DNA of 63,058 nt, counting the filler, from Lenisia limosa (Eukaryota > Protista > Breviatea), in assembly GCA_001655205.1 (NCBI GenBank). It is 10 parts of 10 records of this genome, joined end to end, with 100 filler letters (N's around TTAATTAATTAA, not from the genome) between each part and the next. Parts side by side here need not be neighbours in the genome. Positions count along the whole stretch, not along the records: positions 21,308 to 29,382 come from LPNZ01008528.1; positions 29,483 to 35,959 come from LPNZ01008565.1; positions 36,060 to 40,639 come from LPNZ01001221.1; 7 more parts are not named here. One strand, 5' to 3'. The position numbers were made by a program, and so were the translations under genes. Position 1 is the stretch's first letter, and every line of letters starts with the position of its first letter. Shown here one piece after another: positions 25,365 through 38,075 of the stretch. Under the pieces are notes generated by a model, which was given only the letters and a program-made list of their open reading frames with translations, had not been told where the DNA came from and ran no database searches.

Positions 25365-26724
25365 TGCCGCCTGGGGTGTGATATAATGGGGGGGGGTGTA
25401 AAACGAAGAAAATTTCGATGAAGAATATTGGCATAAAGTTTACTAATCACGAACCGAAAAATCTGAAACTCCAAACAAACAAACAAAAAACAAACCAAAA
25501 CTGAATGGAAACAAAAAAAACAGAATAAGCTCTGTTGGCTAGCTAAAAACAACAAAACAACAACGCCCAGGCTAGTCGCTTCTGCAGCACCGGATCCCAC
25601 AACTCCAAACAAAACAAAAAAAAAGTCCAGGCCAGTCGCCTCTGCAGCACCGCATCCCATCACTTAGGAGGACAACAAAGGGACAGAGGAGTCAATTGAT
25701 TTTAAAAGGCATTAGAGTTGAAAGGCGTGGAAAAATGTAGCAAGATGAACAGAGCTCCAGTAATGTAGCAAATAACACTTAGGAAAAACAAGTATCAAAA
25801 AAAAAAAAAACGAATGAAAGTCAATAGAACGAGATGTCATTTAAACAGATCATACACTGACCACAATAAGTACTGACCCGGATACTGGGCTTTATCTTCA
25901 GCCAATCGTAGCAGGACTTATCGCGGTCACTTTATGAACTCAGAAAATAGCAAGAGCGGAAAACGGAAATTTCGAGAACTGGGTACCCAACAACTCAAAC
26001 AGTGATCATACGCTAATCAGAGAAAGTGATACAAATACAATTTTTTTTTCCAATCAGAGAGACGTTGGTGGAAAGCTAAAGCACAAAACTACAAATGAGA
26101 GAATGGGGATGATGGGGAGAGGAGAGCATATGCTGGGACAGACCATGTGTCGTGCCAAAGGCTCTGTTATCCAGTCATATCACAATCAAGAATAAAGCAT
26201 GTGTACTTTCAGCAAATCGCGTAGAGGCGGCTGATTGACCAACTTTTGGAACGCAATCTTCAAGAGTTGAGCGCTGGCTCGCCGTCCCTTCTCTATAACA
26301 GTCCGTCGTCTCCCTTATTACAGCCGTTTTCCTTTATATTTAGGTTGTGGAGCGGATAGGACGATAAAGAGCGATAACTGACAATCCAAAAAATATTGAC
26401 AATATGAGGCGTTTAGTGAGTATATTATAATGTTAGAGGATAATAAAACAAATCCGACACAACGACGTGCATAAAAGGGTGACCGTGAGGTGGTGAACTG
26501 AATTTTGATGAGCGGTATTCGTGCCTCGGAGGGAACACGTCATCAAGTTCCTTCAAAAAAAAATGAGCCAAAAAACATCAGCGTTGTTAGAAGGAACCCA
26601 CTGCCGCTATTGTATATAGTTTAAACGTTGGAAGGTCGTTGACAGGACCTCCTTCACCTCTTCACTTTTTCATAAATTCACCCAAAGCTGTTTCAAGCGC
26701 TGAGTTCTGAATTAACGTGTCAAA

Positions 26725-29382
26725 ATGGCTGACAATGGTTCAAGCCATCGCTTTACGATGCACAATGCTCAGCAAGATCAGGTCATTTCAAACTGTAAGC
26801 GGATATCTGGGCACTTTGAATGCCTAAAGACGTCGTACTAGGTGCTTATGGATGTAGTGCAAGAGCAGCTCTCTTCTTTGAAGACTAATATTAGTCGTAA
26901 GTCGAAGTATAACTTCGAACTCGAGAAAACCGTCCGCAAATTAGATGAAAAGATCTCACTACTCATCAATAACAGAATTACTTTGGAGGTTTGAGGTTTC
27001 CCTGATGTCTAGGTTTCTTGTTTTCCTCTCGTTTACCCTTGCAGGAAGTGCAACAAGAAGGCTTGCTTGAAAACAACCTTGTTCCTGGGAAGTTGAAGGA
27101 CGAAAGGAAAAGAATTGTGAGTATATCCAAGATTTATTCCGGCTTTTCGCCTCTTACTAGTTAAATCAATGCTAATGGAGTGCAGGGCTACGGTCACCTC
27201 TTCTACCTTCTTCAAACTGAGCCTCGTTATATTGCTTCTCTGGCTCGCTCAGTGAACACTGGACAGATCGACACCCTTCTTCGGACTGTTATGTTCACCC
27301 TCTTTGGCAACCAATACGAGTCTCGTGAAGAGCATCTTCTGCTTGACATGTTCAGAGTGGGCTCTGGGTGATCGTGAGTGTGTTTCCTCCAAAACAAAAC
27401 TTATTATTTTTGCTCACCATAATTCCCTTATCCGCCTGGTTTGGTTTTAGAACCATGAATTCATCCTCATCCTCTCCTGTAAATTTGAATTGTACCAAGG
27501 TAACATTTGTATTTTATTGTTCGACCGAAGGTTGAGGTTTTCCATTTTATCATGATTCTTGGTCCTTCCCGCTTTGGAAACCATGAGTTCTCCTGGGAGA
27601 CAAGCCGGAAAACATTATTTGTCTCTGCAATTGTGATCTTCCAGTAACAAAAAAAAAAAAAGAACGAGAAAGAGAACAGGGGGGAATTCGAGTTAAAATA
27701 CCTGTGTCAAGATTTTTCCACTTTACCACGATTTCACTCATTTTACACCCAACACAGTTTCATCCCTCTTCATCACCGAAATTACCTTGCCGGTTTCTCT
27801 TTATATCACATGGAGTTGATGTGTTGATTGGTTGAATTTCGCTTTTGTTTTCGGCCAGATACAACTTTTGTTTTTTTTTTATTTCTCATTGCTATTTTTA
27901 TCATGATGTCTCCTCATCGCTCCGCAGGTTGCCTTAGATCAGGAGTTCTCAGAATGCACGGCCTTAGGCTCTCTCATGCGTTCTAATACCGCCATCACCA
28001 GAATGATGACCACCTACACCAGGTATGGGCGGGTGTCATATAGTATATATATATATATATAATATATCGTATCCTCGTCACCACATGATATGCATTTTCT
28101 CATAACTTCGGTTCGAAAAAGATCGGTAAAATATCAATAGTTTTCGAGGATTTATCGAGAAATTCACTCTTTTTCCGAATCGAAGTCAAGCCCTAGTTGT
28201 ATGCAGCAGTATAGGGTGGTGTACATTATCATACCTTATGTTTTTTTTTGAAGGGGGGGAGGGGGAGTACCATGGTCTGTTATTTTACTGCCTCCGCAGG
28301 CGTGGTCCCGGAGAAGCCTACCTCAAATCCCTACTCTCTGGCCCAATTACAAAGCTGGTAGAGGAAGATATTAACCTCGAAATCAACCCCCTGAAGGTGA
28401 CCGGGATGGTGATGTTATGATGATGGTGTGATGATGCTATGATGATGATGAAGAAGAAGATGATGATGACCACCGGATGTTGGCTTTTTTGTTTCATAGA
28501 TTTTCCAATTTTATCCTGTTCTTTGTTTTGCTGTTCTCAACCATCGTGTGTTGTCAAACATAGTTGATTTTGCCCTTTTTTTTGTTTCGTAATTTTCCAA
28601 TTTTACCCCCCCCCCCCNNNNNNNNNNNNNNNNNNNNNNNNNNNNNNNNNNNNNNNNNNNNNNNNNNNNNNNNNNNNNNNNNNNNNNNNNNNNNNNNNNN
28701 NNNNNCCTGCGACCTGCCCCGAGGAGTAGGCCCTTGGGATGAATATTTTCATGAAATTTTTATGATATTTTATAATAATATATGAGTATTATTAGGGCAG
28801 TGTAGAAGTTTGGATGACTATTGTAATGAAATTTTATGATATTTTAAAACGTACAGTGACCAGGATAAGTCTTGACCGATTTGCTATGAGATTTCCCCAG
28901 GAAAATTGGTCAAGACTTTGTCTTTGGGCTTCCCTGTGGTCTAAAAAAAACCATGAAAATATCGATATTTAGAGAGGATATCGAGAACTGCTCTCTTTTC
29001 TGTGACCAAAGTGAAGCTCTTTTGAATGGGATGGATTAATGTAGGTCACCAAACCAGATTCCTCATTTAGTCTTAACCAAGCTCCAAATAAATTTTGGTC
29101 AGAAGTAGTCAAAAGCTGTACCGCAAATCCAAATCCATGGGAAAATGCTTACACTCCGAGGTTCATTCTGGTTTAGCGGCCTGCTTTAATCATAACCTTT
29201 TTACGTTTCAAACAGTCCGCGAAGTTAAGATATTTTTGGAGAAGTGTAATCTCTTTTTGGGAATAGGGAAGCCCTGTATCTTCATTTATAATTCACCTTT
29301 AGTATTTCTCAGTTTAACATAAATTCACCTTTCTTAGGTTGATAGTGAGACAGCTGGGAAGCATCCCGAAGTAGCCAAGAGA
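26725..29382 (+). CDS. RasGAP of the fungal Gap1/Sar1 and Dictyostelium GapA/RgaA (IQGAP-related) type, 3'-truncated
   Basis: Exons 26725-26781, 26842-26988, 27045-27116, 27186-27356, 27928-28022, 28300-28396 and 29338-29382. Motifs [65 protein letters not shown] and LEINPLK. Confidence 0.9.
28104..28195. mobile_element. Family A MITE in a RasGAP intron
   Basis: Core plus right TIR; left end eroded. Confidence 0.8.
28924..29020. mobile_element. Family A MITE with mixed ends, RasGAP intron
   Basis: Left GGGCTTCCCTGTGG, right CCAAAGTGAAGCTC. Confidence 0.7.
29040..29185. mobile_element. TTAA-flanked MITE, Kolobok-like (family C); other copies at 42339-42478, 49222-49345 (reverse) and 35020-35064 (right end)
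   Basis: TIR AGCAGGCCGCTAAACCAGA / TCTGGTTTAGCGGCCTGCT; TTAA on both sides of the 29040 copy. Confidence 0.65.
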
Positions 29383-29488
29383 NNNNNNNNNNNNNNNNNN
29401 NNNNNNNNNNNNNNNNNNNNNNNNNNTTAATTAATTAANNNNNNNNNNNNNNNNNNNNNNNNNNNNNNNNNNNNNNNNNNNNAGGGCA

Positions 29489-29864
29489 ATGGGGCGCAAG
29501 AGAGCTCCTCTTTATTTCGAAGCAGATCTGAAAGGCTTGATTACTGAAGATATCTGGAATGAAGGAGTTCAACAACCAAAAGAAAAGAATAACATTCTTC
29601 AGTCTATTGCTGAAATCATTGTTGGTCTTCCAATTGAATCGAAGTTTTCCGCAAGATCTTTTACGCTTTATCCAATGCCAAGCAGATATGCGATCAAAGT
29701 ACCTCTATCGACCATTAATGACGCGGTGAAACTTCTACGGAAAGGGAGAATAGAGCAAAAGAGTGACGAAAGAATAATTTTCTATGGAAGAAAAACTGGT
29801 CGCCCTCCTATTGAAAAGAAGACAATCAAGGAGGGCAAATTAGCAGTCCGAAGCAGTGAGTGGG
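29489..29864 (+). CDS. Hypothetical basic protein fragment, possibly element-encoded
   Basis: 133-aa ORF at a scaffold start with a gtgagt donor at its end; A-rich codon usage unlike the host genes; no domain recognised. Confidence 0.35.
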
Positions 29865-31429
29865 GGAATTTGTTGCATTGTTCTTTCTGAAATAAACATC
29901 TAATTATTATACCTAATTACATGTATGTACATGTATAATATTGTATATATATGTAATATTTCAACTTACACTTGAACTGTGTAGATGGGAGTAAAAGTAG
30001 ACCCCAAGATTGTCAAGAAACAGATCCAATTGTATGATATAAAAAATCGAGGCTCTCTCACTCTTGCGAGAAGGATTATGGGTGAAGAGAAAGAACCCTC
30101 AAAATTAGACAAGAACAGGCAGATGGCAACACAGCTCAGTGGTTTTCTTGATATATTTGTGAAATAGTTCCACACCTATGAGTACTATTCTCTTGTTTCT
30201 GATTGTTTGAGTATATTTTGTGTAAATTTTACAATTCTCTCAGTTTTCCCTTCAATAACTGTCAAGCCCGAGAAAGTGCTTCAAATGGGCAGGCTCTTCA
30301 ACAGTGGGAGAAGGATCTGGTCACATTGCCGTGAGGTTAACTCGAGGTCTGTCAACCAAGACATTATGCAGCGGGCGGGTATTCGCGCATTTCATGTTGC
30401 CTTAACGATGGAGGCCTTAGCCGCAAGAATAATAGAAGCATCAAGATGCTGTATGGATCAAGAATATTTGAAAGGTATGTGGGGTTCTCTTGTTTTTGTG
30501 GAAAGATGAATGGCCACAAGTGTGTTTTAACTATTTAGCCTCAGAAGTATTCCGCGAACCGATTGCTCAAATGGGTGAAAATACCTGGAATGTGCCTAAC
30601 CTAGGCTATATGAGTCTAATACTACAATATATCGACGATGAGCAGGTGTTGCTTTTGCGTAGTCACTTAAATTATTCAAATTCCTCAAATATCGTGTTTA
30701 AACCTCAAAAAGGTGAAAAAAAGTGAAGCCCAAAAAGGTCTAAAATTGGAACAACCTCGGAAGTCGGGAAAATGGGCATTTTTACGTTCTTCTACCCGAC
30801 ACTATTTCATAAAAATACCTTGCGGAATTATCCCGAAGGCTCATTTTCATTATTAACCAAACTTTTTCCAAAATCAAAAAAAGGACTGAAACACCTTAAA
30901 AAGATAAAAGAAGACACAAAACTGTCAGAATATTGGCTAACCTACATACATCGACATACATTATCATATGATATGATATAAAGTAATTTTGCATACTTCA
31001 TATTATATTTGATATGTACTATACATTATAATAATACAAATGCAAGCCAGTAAGGCTTTCTGGAATATTCTTGAGGTATATTGANNNNNNNNNNNNNNNN
31101 NNNNNNNNNNNNNNNNNNNNNNNNNNNNNNNNNNNNNNNNNNNNNNNNNNNNNNNNNNNNNNNNNNNNNNNNNNNNNNNNNNNNNNNNNNNNNNNNNNNN
31201 NNNNNNNNNNNNNNNNNNNNNNNGAAGTTCAACAGATTTTGATTTCAGCTTCTAAATCCATTACAAAAAAACCGCCCACTTTTCTGAAAGCAAAAACCAC
31301 ACTTGAGTTACAATGAAATACAGTTCTAAAAAAATAAGCAGGTTTATGGGAAGGTTTTACTAATGAATTGAGTCGTTGATGGTAGAGAAGGTTTGTAGCA
31401 CTCTGTTTTGAATTTTTAAATTATCTTCA

Positions 31430-33143
31430 GACGGGAAAGAGAGCTCGTAAGCTCAGCAAGAGAACCAAAACCGTGGCCTCCTAAGCCAAATACCGACTTG
31501 CTTGGCCCGACACCCGAGCGTATTGCCCTCCTTCGGCAAATTGAGCCTGCTGGTATGAGGGTTGAACATAAAAGAGAGCTACTGAAGCTGGTTGTCTTCT
31601 TCTGAATAAGCTAACTTTTTGTTAAGTTCCCCTTCTCCTCCTTCTACCCTTTTGACGGCATTTTCAGTAAAAATAACTTCTCTTGACTTCCCCTACCCTA
31701 AAACCCATAATCCACCTCGTTCCTAAGGGATCTTACTGGAAGCATCACTTAATAACCTTTTGATTCATGCTCTGATAAACCTTTGAAAATGGTATGTGAT
31801 TAATTTTATAGATACTGAGTCTTCTGATGACAGTGATGTCGACTTTAATGTTGGGACAATCACCATTCAAACCACGTCAGCACTACCATTTCGACGGGAT
31901 GCGCGATGACCCCCAGAGTATGACCGTAGCCGAGAGCTAATCCCTTTTTTCACTCACGATGCAAGTTTTTTCCAAAATATTAAAAATTTTGCGCGGATTT
32001 CACGAACTATACCCCTGGTACAACCCCCCATCGTGTAGAGTCCCAGAACCAAGCAAAAACAACCCAGATGGCCATGATCCTCATACCGCTAATTGCAAGC
32101 GAACAATTTTGCTGGTTGCACAATAGTCAACAACTGACGGGGCTGTGGTGTGCTCTAGAAATAGGTGTTCTCCATTGAAAGGGAAAAGCCTAATTGATTC
32201 GCTGGAGAAGGTGGTTACGTCTTTGACACCTCTTTCCACCTAGCCGACGGTACCAAGATCAGCGAGCACGTCCTTAAGCTCGTCAAGACCCTCACCACTG
32301 AAGGTCACATCATTGCTCTTGACAACCTGTTTACTTCAACTACGCTCTTCAAGACCCTCAAGGCTCAAGGCATCAACGCATGTGGCACGAACCGCAACGC
32401 AAGAGACCCCCCTACTCCAAGGAAGAAGTCAGTTCATTCCTCGATAAGAAAGGTGACTACATCGAGATGTGGTCTGATGATATCCTCTGGAGCTGTTGGC
32501 TGGATGGTGGGCCCGCAACCATGATGACCTCCTTTGGTGATAACATCCGCCCCACATCTGTCAAGCGTCGCGAGCCAGGCTGCCATGACCGAGTTGAATG
32601 AGGGATGTAATTGAACATTTCTATGATTATGGCTTGGTTCATTATTCATTGTTTTAGACCGTTTTCTGATAAAATTATTATTATTATTATTTTGATTGAT
32701 TTCATTTGAAATAGTATTACTTTGACTNNNNNNNNNNAGCCCCGATAAACTATCTATAATTGTCGGTATTTTATCGGTCTTTTTAGGGTCAAATGAACAC
32801 AAGTACATAAAATTTATGACTTCTAAAATTTTGACGATACTGTGAATTTGTCTTTTGATTCAATTACTTGGTCGTATTTATTCACTTGTCTTGTCATGTC
32901 AACAGCTCATCTCACCCCTCCCAGACAACAGCACTCCATCAACCCCCTTCAATTCGGGCCCTTGCTGGTGATGTTGCTAACCACTTCCCCAAGCCTCTCC
33001 CCATCGACAACGCACTTCACCGTTGTAGTTCCGGAAAGTTGGCCTCCAAGAAAATCCGCATGTATCTTTTCTGTGAGGGTTGCGGTGTTTTCCTTTGTCC
33101 TTCTTGCTCTTATAATGTTCATTCTTTAATGTTCAAGGCTTGA
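31430..33143 (+). pseudogene. Decayed piggyBac-type transposase
   Basis: GHIIALDNLFTSTTLFKTLKAQGINACGT (catalytic DN.FTS), then a frameshift into KGDYIEMWSDDILWSCWLD..VKRREPGCHDRVE*; C-terminal Cys-rich domain HFP..RC..FCEGCGVFLCPSC..H at 32990-33125. Contains stops and frameshifts; no TIRs identified. Confidence 0.85.
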
Positions 33144-34384
33144 TGTGGTTTATATTTATGGTGTTTGATGTGATTAACTTTTAAGTTTGGAAATGAATGT
33201 TATTTTGAATGAAATTCGGCGTGTTATTTTTTATTTTGATTAATAATATGAGTTTTTATCGCTTAGTACCAGAAAAGCACTTAATTGGAGATGATAGTTA
33301 CATTAAAAAGACAAAAAAGAAAGAGAAAAAAAAAAGAGAAAAAAAAAAAGAAGAGAGAAAAAAAAAGTTTAAATTTTTGGTGAAATGGACTAATGATCTG
33401 GTGATCTGAAACGAAATTATTTGAAAATACCAAGTAAATGGTAAACTAGATCGATCATATGAATATCATATCAGATTCTGATGTGGGTTTGACCCCAGAA
33501 GCCCGTAGTTTAGAGTCAGGGGGCTGCCACGCATCTCCATGGGGTAGGGCATCCAGAAGAGTGTTATTTTATTTTATTTTCACTCTTATTTTATTTGACA
33601 TATTTTAGATGATTATTATGTCTATCATATGATATCGATATGTAATATACTATCATAAATGATATATATGGAGATGAAAAATAAAACAAGCTTGTATCTG
33701 GCCGTCGAATTCGTCATATAAAAAACATTTCTGACTACAAAATTCAGGGAAGCAGAGCCAAGAAGATGTCCCATATGATGTTTTAGTTTCCATAGTAAAG
33801 GCGACCTTAAAAAAATGAAGCATTTTGCTCAATTTATGCGTAATTAAGTAAAAGTGTTTCTTTTCTGTTCTTTCTAAAAGGTGAAGTCAGGTTTTGTTGC
33901 TACTTAAAAAGAATTCTACATTATGTAACTAATGTAAAGTGATGCAGTATTTAATATTGTATTTTTCTTCCTTTTTCTGCTTTCTAAAGTTAAGCGATGG
34001 TTTTCCTCATTGGATCCTCTTACTGCCTTGAATTGAAGAACTGACGTTTTTTTGTGGCAAGATCTTGCTCAACAAGAAGGTTTTATAGTGCATTTACCGT
34101 GCTGGCTTAAGATAATAGGTTCTTTACTTGTCAAAACGAAGGATTTCTTCTCTTGCTGCTGAATGCTGGAAACTTGCAGTCGAAGACTGCTTCTTAGACG
34201 CTTATTAAGCTGTCTTATTAAAGAAATATCAGTTTTCAAGAAGTTTTGGGCAGTTTCTTCCTGATCTGTCGAAGGTGTGCTTCCTCTTAATGTAGAGTGG
34301 AAATCGTTTTAGAAGAAGTTCAGATTCATTCTTTTCTATTGAACTTTTTAAATAGATATAAGGACTCTTTGATTGGAAACCATA

Positions 34385-34747
34385 TCTCAAGGTACAAAAT
34401 TATGTCGTGAATTCGAATTAATGTCGTTAATTATTTACGGTCGCCAAATCAGCTCTTCCCCTTCAAAACAGTAATACATTTCTTAGATATTCACATTTTA
34501 TTTATTTAAGAGAAACAAAGAAAAAAAAATAACTTTTCAAAATTTTTCTTTTTTTTGACAAGATCAACAAACTTGTTCGCGAAAATTTAATTTTTGAGCG
34601 CCACGCTCGCGTAATTATTTTTCAGTTTATGGTCGCATTTTTCTCATTATGTCCTTTTTTACGAGTTAAATTGTTGTGAAGTTGACCGTAACATGAAAAA
34701 GAGAGTCACGGAAAATTGAATTAACGACATAATTTAGGACCTTGATA
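34385..34747. mobile_element. Unclassified TIR element (family G), 363 bp; right ends also at 44970-44998 and 56930-56958
   Basis: TIR CTCAAGGTMCWAAATTATGTCG..AATT at both ends; matching right ends with shared internal sequence elsewhere. Confidence 0.65.
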
Positions 34748-36209
34748 TACACGTCATATAGTACATATCGATATATATAATTTCAATGCTTCAGCAGTCC
34801 AACTTTGGCCAAAGCGACAGGAAAGTGAAAAGTGCACTCAGAGTTCTAATTTACTGAGATGGTAACAACACTTGTTGAAATACTGTTTCCTCTTTATTAC
34901 TATGGAATACTAAATGAAATGCCAATTAGAGAATTTTTCAAAAATAATTTTAAAAAATCATGAAACATCTTAAAAAATCAGACATAAGAGTCTGGTTACC
35001 CCTCATCAGATTTTGGTAAAAAATCCTACACTCCCAGGTTTCATTCTGGTTTAGCGGTCCTGCTTAAAATACTTGTTGGTAGGGCATTTCTCAAAACGTA
35101 ACAACTTTCGTACCCTTTGTTTGTGAAGAAGATTAGGATCTGATAGCAGAAGCAAAAAATTACAATGTACTTGGGACCTTACGCTGGCACCCAGACAAAA
35201 CCACTATATTTGTTTGGAAACTTGATCAAACCTCTTTTCCTGCACTTGAAGCAATTTTGATGAGGAAGACGTTCTCACTAAGCAAATATTCTCAATATAC
35301 TTGTATCCAATTTTGTTGAATTGACCAAGGGTAGCATTAATGTGAGACTTCTTCAGAGAGACAAAAATAAAAGGGCACTTGTTCTCAAGGAACTCATTCT
35401 GAATAATATTTCTTGAACGATTACATTCTTGTACATCAACCAGGAATCGTTGTTCAAAAGGATTGCCATTGTTAAGAAACCAAATATACCAATAACTCTT
35501 TGCTCTTTGAATCACCCTTCAATAATCGGATTATGAAAAAAATAAAACTTGCAACCATATTGTACTTTGGTAGCATAGGATATATGTATCACTTTCCCTA
35601 ACTGACACTTATAACGATGCTGTTTGGACACAGAAACGCTAAACATAAATAATAAAAGGTAAAATAAAAACCAAACCTGAGAACTGGTTGCTTCAAAGGA
35701 TCTCTCTTAGATTTCAAAATCAATCGCCTAGTTTTGAAAACTATCATTTACCTCTTTTCCTCCTTGTCTACTCGTTCACACAACACCTGCACTCAATTCC
35801 CTGCACTACACCCAACAAAACCCACTAACACAGTAAGCAGTGGGTGACCGGCAGGTAGTGCCAACTCCCAGAAAGTGGGCCACTTGTAGCTATTATAGGA
35901 AGAGTAAGGGTTGAGGTTCTGGGCCACTTTTTTTGAGACCAGTAATGTTTCTAAAAGCANNNNNNNNNNNNNNNNNNNNNNNNNNNNNNNNNNNNNNNNN
36001 NNNTTAATTAATTAANNNNNNNNNNNNNNNNNNNNNNNNNNNNNNNNNNNNNNNNNNNNGCCGTCCACACCATCACGCTTACTTGAGATATTGTTAGTAT
36101 AATATTAATTCACCAAATCATAATTCTGTACACACAGCTTTCTGCGTGCCTCCCCAGCATATACATGATGTGTATCTGAATATATTTATGTGGAAGGTGT
36201 ATTACTTAC

Positions 36210-38018
36210 ACAGTCGTTACAGGCAGTTGGAATTGGGATACTGCCAAATGATTGGGAGGTGAACTTGGTACCGTCAATAAAGGCTTCAAACTGTGTGATC
36301 AATGCATATTGATTAAACTCAAATGTTGGTAAGTCTTGATCAAATTTCCAAAGAAAAATATGATATTTTCGGACAATTTGCCAAAGATTCAGATAAGACT
36401 GAAATCCATATGGGGTGAGACTAAGGTTTCACTTCGGTTCGAAAAAGACCGGCAAAATATCGATAGTTTTTGAGGATTTATCGAGAAATTCAGTCTTTTT
36501 CGAACCTAATGAAGCCTTAGGCGAGACACATGGGTTGGTCAAAAATGCGCGGCTTCCCTTCCAAAAAAAGACTGAATTTCTTAATAAATCTAGAAAACTA
36601 TATAAATTGCCAGACATTTTCGAACCGAACTGAAGCCCAATATATGATATGTGTTGGGCTTCACTTCGGTTCAAAAAGACCGGTAAAATATCGAAAGTTT
36701 TCTTTATGAACTGAAGTGAAGCCCTACATTATGAGTGACACCTATTATCGTTAAAGCTTCACTTCGGTCGAAAAATATTGATGTTTTTCGAAGATTTATC
36801 GAGAGAGTTCACTCTTTTGTTGGACCGAAGTGAAATCCTGATTGTCCCACCTGTCCGGCCGCGGTAATAGTGGCAGCAATATGGTGCCATTTGTCCGATT
36901 CTAAGGAGTAAGCATCTCGAGTCTTGGACTGAGATAATCAGGTCGAGAAAGATTATGAACAAAAAATGAGCAGGTATAGGTATCTGTATTTGAATCCAGT
37001 TTAGAGTGTATTATACATACATATATGATAGTACTCTGAAGAGTAAACGGGATATTATTTTTGACAGATCTATGTAAATTCAAATGCAGTAGTGTATANN
37101 NNNNNNNNATATAAGAGTAAACGGGATATTATTTTTGACAGATCTATGTAAATTCAAATGCAGTAGTGTATACCTGTACAGTGAGTTACATAAGTAATGT
37201 CAAAAAGTTTTTTCTCATAGCTTTTCGCCAAATATGTTGTTAAAAGTGTGAATTTCACCAAAATTCTTATTTATGGCATATAATATGATGAGATTGTAAG
37301 ACCACGAGGGTAGACTACGTATTACTGCACTCGGTTTATTTATCCAGAGCATAAGGTAATTGTTATATGGGATACCCCCTTATCAGCAAGGCTCTCTAAC
37401 GATATATTATTATGAAGATCTGACCGCGATAAGTCCTGATCCAGATATTAAGCTTGATTCAATCGTGTCAGGACTTCTACATTTGACAGTGTCGGCAAAG
37501 ACGCACGCACGAACGATGGTGAAGCGCCGGGAGCGCAAAAAGACACAAAACAGCAAACCCAGAGTCAGAGGAGCCTCAAGATGTCGTGGCTCGGGGGAGG
37601 GACGAAAGTAGAAATTAACTGTATTTGTCTCCTGTTGTAATTAAACAAGGTTTGATGATTGTACAATAACGATGCAATAGTGTACTACTATCAAACATCA
37701 TAATAGAGTTATCATATAGAATATCATTGGTACAAAATAATATTAATCCAGACCACTTTATTGAAGAACCTTGGTAATTAAGACCAGGCAAAATACGCAC
37801 CTTTCCAATTTGAATAATAAAGTGGTATTTGTTGGTGTTGGAAGCAACAGAAATAGGGTGGACGTAGTTGTGCCCATCAGTTCCTGAATAGAACCAACTC
37901 TGGGGGGAGTAAAATTGGAAAATTTAGGGTGTAATATGATATAAAGTGGGGAGAAAGCCAACCTCAAATGACCAGTCTGGCGCCGCCGCAGTGAAACGAT
38001 TTGCCCAAAGGACGACAC
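36210..38018 (-). CDS. LamG/concanavalin-A-like (pentraxin-type jellyroll) domain protein, partial; probably extends up the scaffold to ~40060
   Basis: Exons 37963-38018, 37801-37899, 37559-37631, 36851-36900 and 36210-36290 join in perfect phase: DWSFESWFY...FIIQIGK ETNTVNFYF...ESDKWHHIAATITAAGQFEAFIDG (WHH.A.T...IDG signature). Confidence 0.75.
36422..36838. mobile_element. Cluster of four family A MITEs (36422-36519, 36550-36640, 36654-36726, 36753-36838) in one intron
   Basis: Each has TIRs; the first has flanks ggtgagac/ggcgagac (7/8); the third is internally deleted. Confidence 0.85.
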
Positions 38019-38075
38019 CTTAAACGTCAGACAAATGGAAACTGCACCCGGATTTATGAGAAATACTGTCATATA

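Noticed and set aside
305-28617. Poly-G/C runs abutting gaps (305, 17420, 18291, 21490, 23224, 28606) as G-quadruplex elements
   Set aside because: Their length and context are unreliable at read drop-out points. Some belong to the composite repeat, but no structure can be claimed.
33484-33500. B-box-like GGTTTGACCCC, and GGTTCGA inside the MITEs, as tRNA or SINE promoters
   Set aside because: No A box and no cloverleaf.
35204-35515. AT-rich minus-strand ORFs (also 52514-52738 and 33990-34330) as genes
   Set aside because: No recognisable motif or consistent splice phase; they may be decayed element ORFs but cannot be supported.
37039-37172. Identical ~60-bp direct repeat either side of a 10-N gap
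   Set aside because: Typical unmerged contig overlap. The repeat pair around the gap at 61360-61369 may be partly artefactual too.
38020-38022. In-frame TAA (also at 58991) hinting at stop-codon reassignment
   Set aside because: The first lies in an intron end with a CTGAC branch point and the second in a transposon relic. The ~2000-codon exon has no in-frame stop codon, and intact genes end in TAG or TGA.
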